Source: a virus
Taxonomy: Duplodnaviria > Heunggongvirae > Uroviricota > Caudoviricetes
Length of the DNA: 18,204 nt
IMG/VR virus record: IMGVR_UViG_2700988907_000001
Reading direction: 5' to 3' (one strand)
Shown here: positions 15,010 to 18,204 of the stretch, piece after piece
How positions within the stretch are numbered: position 1 is the first letter of the stretch
Layout of the letters: every line of letters begins with the position of its first letter
Notes under the pieces: model-generated
What the model saw: only the letters and a program-made list of their open reading frames with translations
What the model was told of the DNA's origin: nothing
Databases searched by the model: none
Program-made: the position numbers and the translations under genes

Positions 15010-15081
15010 TTATTCATCCTCTCCGTCTACTACATTAGTACAAACACCTTGAAATATATATAAACTATCTTTAATATCCAA
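15010..15081 (-). pseudogene. N-terminal remnant of a thermonuclease (SNase-like) gene: MDIKDSLYIFQGVCTNVVDGEDE*
   Basis: SD GGAGTG and TTG start. CTNVVDG is the SNase V-V-D-G-D-T motif, truncated where the HNH gene begins. Confidence 0.65.
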
Positions 15082-15094
15082 ATTATCACTCCTA

Positions 15095-15559
15095 TTATGC
15101 TAAACTATAATCATTTCCGTAAATATCTTTATATATTTTAATCTTATCTGGAACGCTAGAATGGTATTCTTTAATCCCGTTCATTACACCTAAGCCAATC
15201 ATTCTTGCATAGGATTGTGTTTTATAAGTTTTTGTATAATTAAACATTCTATCCATGATATTAAATGGTCTCAAGTCACATTCTTTATCGAAAATCACAC
15301 CAATTTTATCATTTCCCATTATTTCTATGTCTCTTTTATGTTCTTTTAGAAATCTTTCAGCTACATATAGCTCGTCTTCTGTAAAAATACCGTCAATTTT
15401 ACTAATAAATACCCCAAATGAGCCACTTTCAACCATTCTAATAGTCTCGATTTGCATGTTTTTTCCGTCTATTTTATCGTAAAATGTCTCGATTTCCATA
15501 ACATTATTAACTTTATTTAAGTCACTTACTTTTAATAAAAAATTCAATTCTTCATACAT
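15095..15559 (-). CDS. Hypothetical protein
   Basis: 154 aa, SD AAGGAG. Confidence 0.8.
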   Translation of the reverse strand: MYEELNFLLKVSDLNKVNNVMEIETFYDKIDGKNMQIETIRMVESGSFGVFISKIDGIFTEDELYVAERFLKEHKRDIEIMGNDKIGVIFDKECDLRPFNIMDRMFNYTKTYKTQSYARMIGLGVMNGIKEYHSSVPDKIKIYKDIYGNDYSLA

Positions 15560-15586
15560 TTTCCTAATTTCTCCTTATTTTCTTAC

Positions 15587-15916
15587 TTATTTTACCTTAT
15601 AATTAGTAATTCCACGCATTTTAAACTGTTTTCTTGCTGCTTTTATATTATTATCTGTTGGATTCTTTAATGTTACCACATATTTACCTCTTTTGTAAAG
15701 TATTGTATTAGAACCAGCTACTCTATTAAGTTCTGATTTTAATAATTCTAAACTTCTTTTACCATTTTCTTTAGAAAATTTATTATTTGCTACTTCTTGT
15801 TGCAGTTCTTGTTTACCACTATGTACTATTCCTAAGAAAATTAGTATAGGTATTATTATAAATTGTCCGATAATTATAAATGAACATATAATAAAAACTA
15901 ATCCAATTATAAACAT
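15587..15916 (-). CDS. Membrane-anchored hypothetical protein
   Basis: N-terminal hydrophobic segment; SD AAAGGAG. Confidence 0.8.
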   Translation of the reverse strand: MFIIGLVFIICSFIIIGQFIIIPILIFLGIVHSGKQELQQEVANNKFSKENGKRSLELLKSELNRVAGSNTILYKRGKYVVTLKNPTDNNIKAARKQFKMRGITNYKVK

Positions 15917-15931
15917 ATTAATCTCTCCTTT

Positions 15932-16249
15932 TTACATTATTCTAAAGTTTTTGACACCATGTTTAATAAGAATATCATATGTTTTTTCTTCGTTTTTCTT
16001 ATTAACAACATTAATATCAAAATATTTTCTTTTTATATCATATTCAAAACTACAATTACAATCTTTTTCAACTAATTCTTCAAGTAATTCAGTTCTTTTA
16101 TCTTTTCCAATCTGTTCATCTAAATATTCAACAGAATTTTTTCTTTTAGGTGCTAACTTCTTAGCTCCAAGTCCTAATAATCCAATAACTAAAATGTATG
16201 ACATATATATTAAACCTATAGTTACTCCTAACAGGAATAGTAATATCAT
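15932..16249 (-). CDS. Membrane-anchored hypothetical protein, probable paralogue of 15587-15916
   Basis: N-terminal hydrophobic segment and a similar C-domain pattern; SD AAGGAGTG. Confidence 0.8.
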   Translation of the reverse strand: MILLFLLGVTIGLIYMSYILVIGLLGLGAKKLAPKRKNSVEYLDEQIGKDKRTELLEELVEKDCNCSFEYDIKRKYFDINVVNKKNEEKTYDILIKHGVKNFRIM

Positions 16250-16279
16250 TATTAAACACTCCTTTTTGTTTATATATTA

Positions 16280-16307
16280 ATTATAACATATTATTTATCT
16301 TTGTCAA
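16280..16307 (-). promoter_or_regulatory. Possible internal sigmaA promoter
   Basis: TTGACA-16 nt-TATAAT with ATGT before the -10; the -35 lies inside upstream codons. Confidence 0.45.
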
Positions 16308-16614
16308 CCTTAAATTCATTAATAATATCTAAATATTCTTGTCTTTCTTGTTCTCTTTTCTCAATGGCTTGTTGTTTAGTTGAACGTTTATGTTTAATTA
16401 CTGTTACTAAAATTTCTGTATTACCTTTCTTTTGTAAGATAAATTCTCTATAATTTTTATAAAATATATGTTTTTTGTCTCCAATATTAATAATTCTTTT
16501 GTTTTTGAGCGCTTTTAAATCTTTCATTATAGCGTCTCTTGTTTTCTTTTGATTATAGTTGATACGTTCTGCATATCTCTCCATTGCATGGTCTGTAATT
16601 ATGTATTTTGTCAT
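16291..16614 (-). CDS. Small basic protein with ITDHAxERYxER motif (DUF4258/RelE-like fold candidate)
   Basis: 107 aa, SD AAGGAGTG. Confidence 0.6.
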   Translation of the reverse strand: MTKYIITDHAMERYAERINYNQKKTRDAIMKDLKALKNKRIINIGDKKHIFYKNYREFILQKKGNTEILVTVIKHKRSTKQQAIEKREQERQEYLDIINEFKVDKDK

Positions 16615-16670
16615 TTTTAATTCACTCCTTATTTGTTATACTCTTATTATAAACTAAAACTCTCAAAGTG

Positions 16671-17372
16671 TCAACCATGAGAGTTAGAAAAACTAGAAAT
16701 TTTTCTTTTTTTATTTTTAAATTTTACTTTCTTAAATTTTTTATAACTCCAGTATCTCATTGAATATAAATCTAAAAGTAACTTTGTATAATCTAAATTT
16801 AATTCATTCATAATTTTACAAAAACCAATGTCTTTTATAATATAAGTTTCGTTTTCTTTTTGAATAATATGATTTGAATCATTTTTTAAATCTTCGCATA
16901 TTTCAAAAATATATTTTTCGTTAGTATCTAAAATATCAGCAATTACTTTATGACTATAATATATTTGTCCATAAAGAACAGAATAAGGAATATTACCTAA
17001 CTCTGTATTATCGTGTTTGATTCCTTTATCTTTTGGAACATAAGCTATATCTTTGTTTTTATTATTTTTATTTCTATATTTTCCTAATATTAAACTAGAT
17101 TTTCTATGTTTCCTATTTCTACCTTTAAGATTTTTCAATAACAATTCATATCCTGTTTGGGATAAATAATATTTATTGTTTTTTAATATTACTATATTTT
17201 TTTCTCCTTTTTTTATAGATTTTACAATAGGAACTATTTTATCTTTTCTTAAATTCAATTGCTCTAATATATCATCTAATTTAATACAGTATAATATTTT
17301 GTTTCCTACTTTAAACTCATAAAAACTAACATCTACTTTTATACTATTATTATTAAAATTCTTTTTATACAT
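16671..17372 (-). CDS. Basic putative DNA-binding protein with two internal repeats (antirepressor-like)
   Basis: 233 aa. Segments LYCIKLDDILEQLN..KNNKYYLSQTGY and IYYSHKVIADILD..ENETYIIKDIGF; SD AAGGAG. Confidence 0.5.
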   Translation of the reverse strand: MYKKNFNNNSIKVDVSFYEFKVGNKILYCIKLDDILEQLNLRKDKIVPIVKSIKKGEKNIVILKNNKYYLSQTGYELLLKNLKGRNRKHRKSSLILGKYRNKNNKNKDIAYVPKDKGIKHDNTELGNIPYSVLYGQIYYSHKVIADILDTNEKYIFEICEDLKNDSNHIIQKENETYIIKDIGFCKIMNELNLDYTKLLLDLYSMRYWSYKKFKKVKFKNKKRKISSFSNSHG

Positions 17373-17430
17373 ATTGTTTCTCCTTATTCATACATAATAA
17401 AAAAACTATTGTATATTTTTCAGAATGAAA

Positions 17431-17630
17431 AATGTAATCAATATATATTTACAATGTGTTTGTTAGTGAGCTAAGCGAACTAACATTACAGATTGTTATA
17501 TATATTGTAAGTATCTCGATGAAGTGTTTAGTCGCTAACAAGTTAGCTCCTGTGTGCCAAAAATTACTACGTAATTGTTTGTCACAGTATTTTTTAATTA
17601 TTATTTTTTAAACACTTAATAACAAACACT
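17431..17630. other. Inverted-repeat cluster, replication-origin-like
   Basis: GTTAGT-11 nt-ACTAAC hairpin (17462-17484) flanked by caatatatat/atatatattg; GCTAAC-AA-GTTAGC; AATTAC-3 nt-GTAATT; AAACACT repeats. Confidence 0.35.
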
Positions 17631-17696
17631 CAATAAACAATAGTTAAAAAAGTATATACTTATCCCTAATATACTCTCTGTTCTCAAAAACTTTTT

Positions 17697-18019
17697 TCAA
17701 AAAGATACCGCACTTGAAAGCCTAACGGTAATTACATTGAGACGATACGTACTGAAAAGCACGCCTAAATTCTCCAAGTTAAAGCAACTGTTCTTACGGG
17801 AAGTTACAATAACACCCAACCTTTAAGTATTTATTGTGCGGACTGGTTTAACCACACTAGAACATAGCTAGATACTCAAAACGAAATAAGTCTAACGTAA
17901 CAATATACGCAATGCTATGCTGGTCTACTTTCTAATCATCATCTATTATCGGCGAGACGACCACCTGTCCGTTTATACAAACATAGGACAACTAACAAAA
18001 CTTAAACTATTTATTTTCT
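17697..18019 (-). ncRNA. Candidate ~320 nt structured non-coding RNA
   Basis: Consensus promoter at 18026-18055, no ORF or SD, raised GC, serial helices with G-U pairs, and a final stem plus U-tract at 17699-17730. Confidence 0.55.
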
Positions 18020-18025
18020 ATATAT

Positions 18026-18055
18026 ATTATAACATACACCTGATATATCTGTCAA
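18026..18055 (-). promoter_or_regulatory. sigmaA-type promoter of the non-coding region
   Basis: TTGACA-18 nt-TATAAT with ATGT before the -10. The 20-mer tttctatatatattataaca is duplicated ~80 bp upstream (second possible -10). Confidence 0.8.
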
Positions 18056-18204
18056 GCGTTTTTTAAAATTTATTTAAAAATATTATATTTTTTCTTTCTA
18101 TATATATTATAACACACAGAGTAATGTTTGTGTTAATTATTTTATGACAAATTTGTGACATTATTATTCTTATTTATGTAAAAAATTAGTAAACAACACC
18201 CGAA

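Noticed and set aside
14195-15081. Group I intron carrying the HNH gene
   Set aside because: No room for a ribozyme core and no P7/R/S elements; the middle of the host gene is missing rather than interrupted.
12322-16280. Plus-strand ORFs 12322-12513, 13833-14123, 15255-15482 and 15951-16280
   Set aside because: Antisense shadows of well-supported minus-strand genes.
17921-17963. Hammerhead-like elements (GUC..UGAUGA..GAAA) in the candidate RNA
   Set aside because: The core C of CUGAUGA is missing, there is no stem II, and stem III cannot pair next to GAAA.
1-18204. CRISPR array, tRNA, rRNA, IS/transposase, integrase
   Set aside because: No regularly spaced repeat-spacer units, cloverleaf, or recognisable transposase/recombinase motifs seen.

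Overview
AT-rich (~28% GC) window from a large staphylococcal tailed phage. The best guess is a 6ec/SEP9-type or SPbeta-like siphovirus; this assignment is from recalled protein families and was not verified by search. There are three blocks. (1) 1-5868, minus strand: replication/regulation genes (AAA_24-type ATPase, three small acidic paralogues, HNH, SSB-like protein, CxxC redoxin, sigma70-region-4 HTH protein, NUMOD4-HNH). (2) ~5880-11620: an oppositely oriented island of small, mostly acidic plus-strand genes behind strong sigmaA promoters, two of them broken. It is bounded on the left by a 95% AT tract and on the right by a ~1.2 kb strand-asymmetric TA/TG low-complexity tract. G-run clusters sit in inverted orientation on either side. 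(3) 11594-17372, minus strand: small accessory genes, including a block typical of temperate staphylococcal phages in which a dUTPase is reduced to a relic and a thermonuclease-like gene has been replaced internally by an HNH gene. The final ~830 bp has no long ORF and holds a promoter-driven candidate ~320 nt structured RNA and an origin-like inverted-repeat cluster. No tRNA, rRNA, CRISPR array, IS element or intron was recognised.
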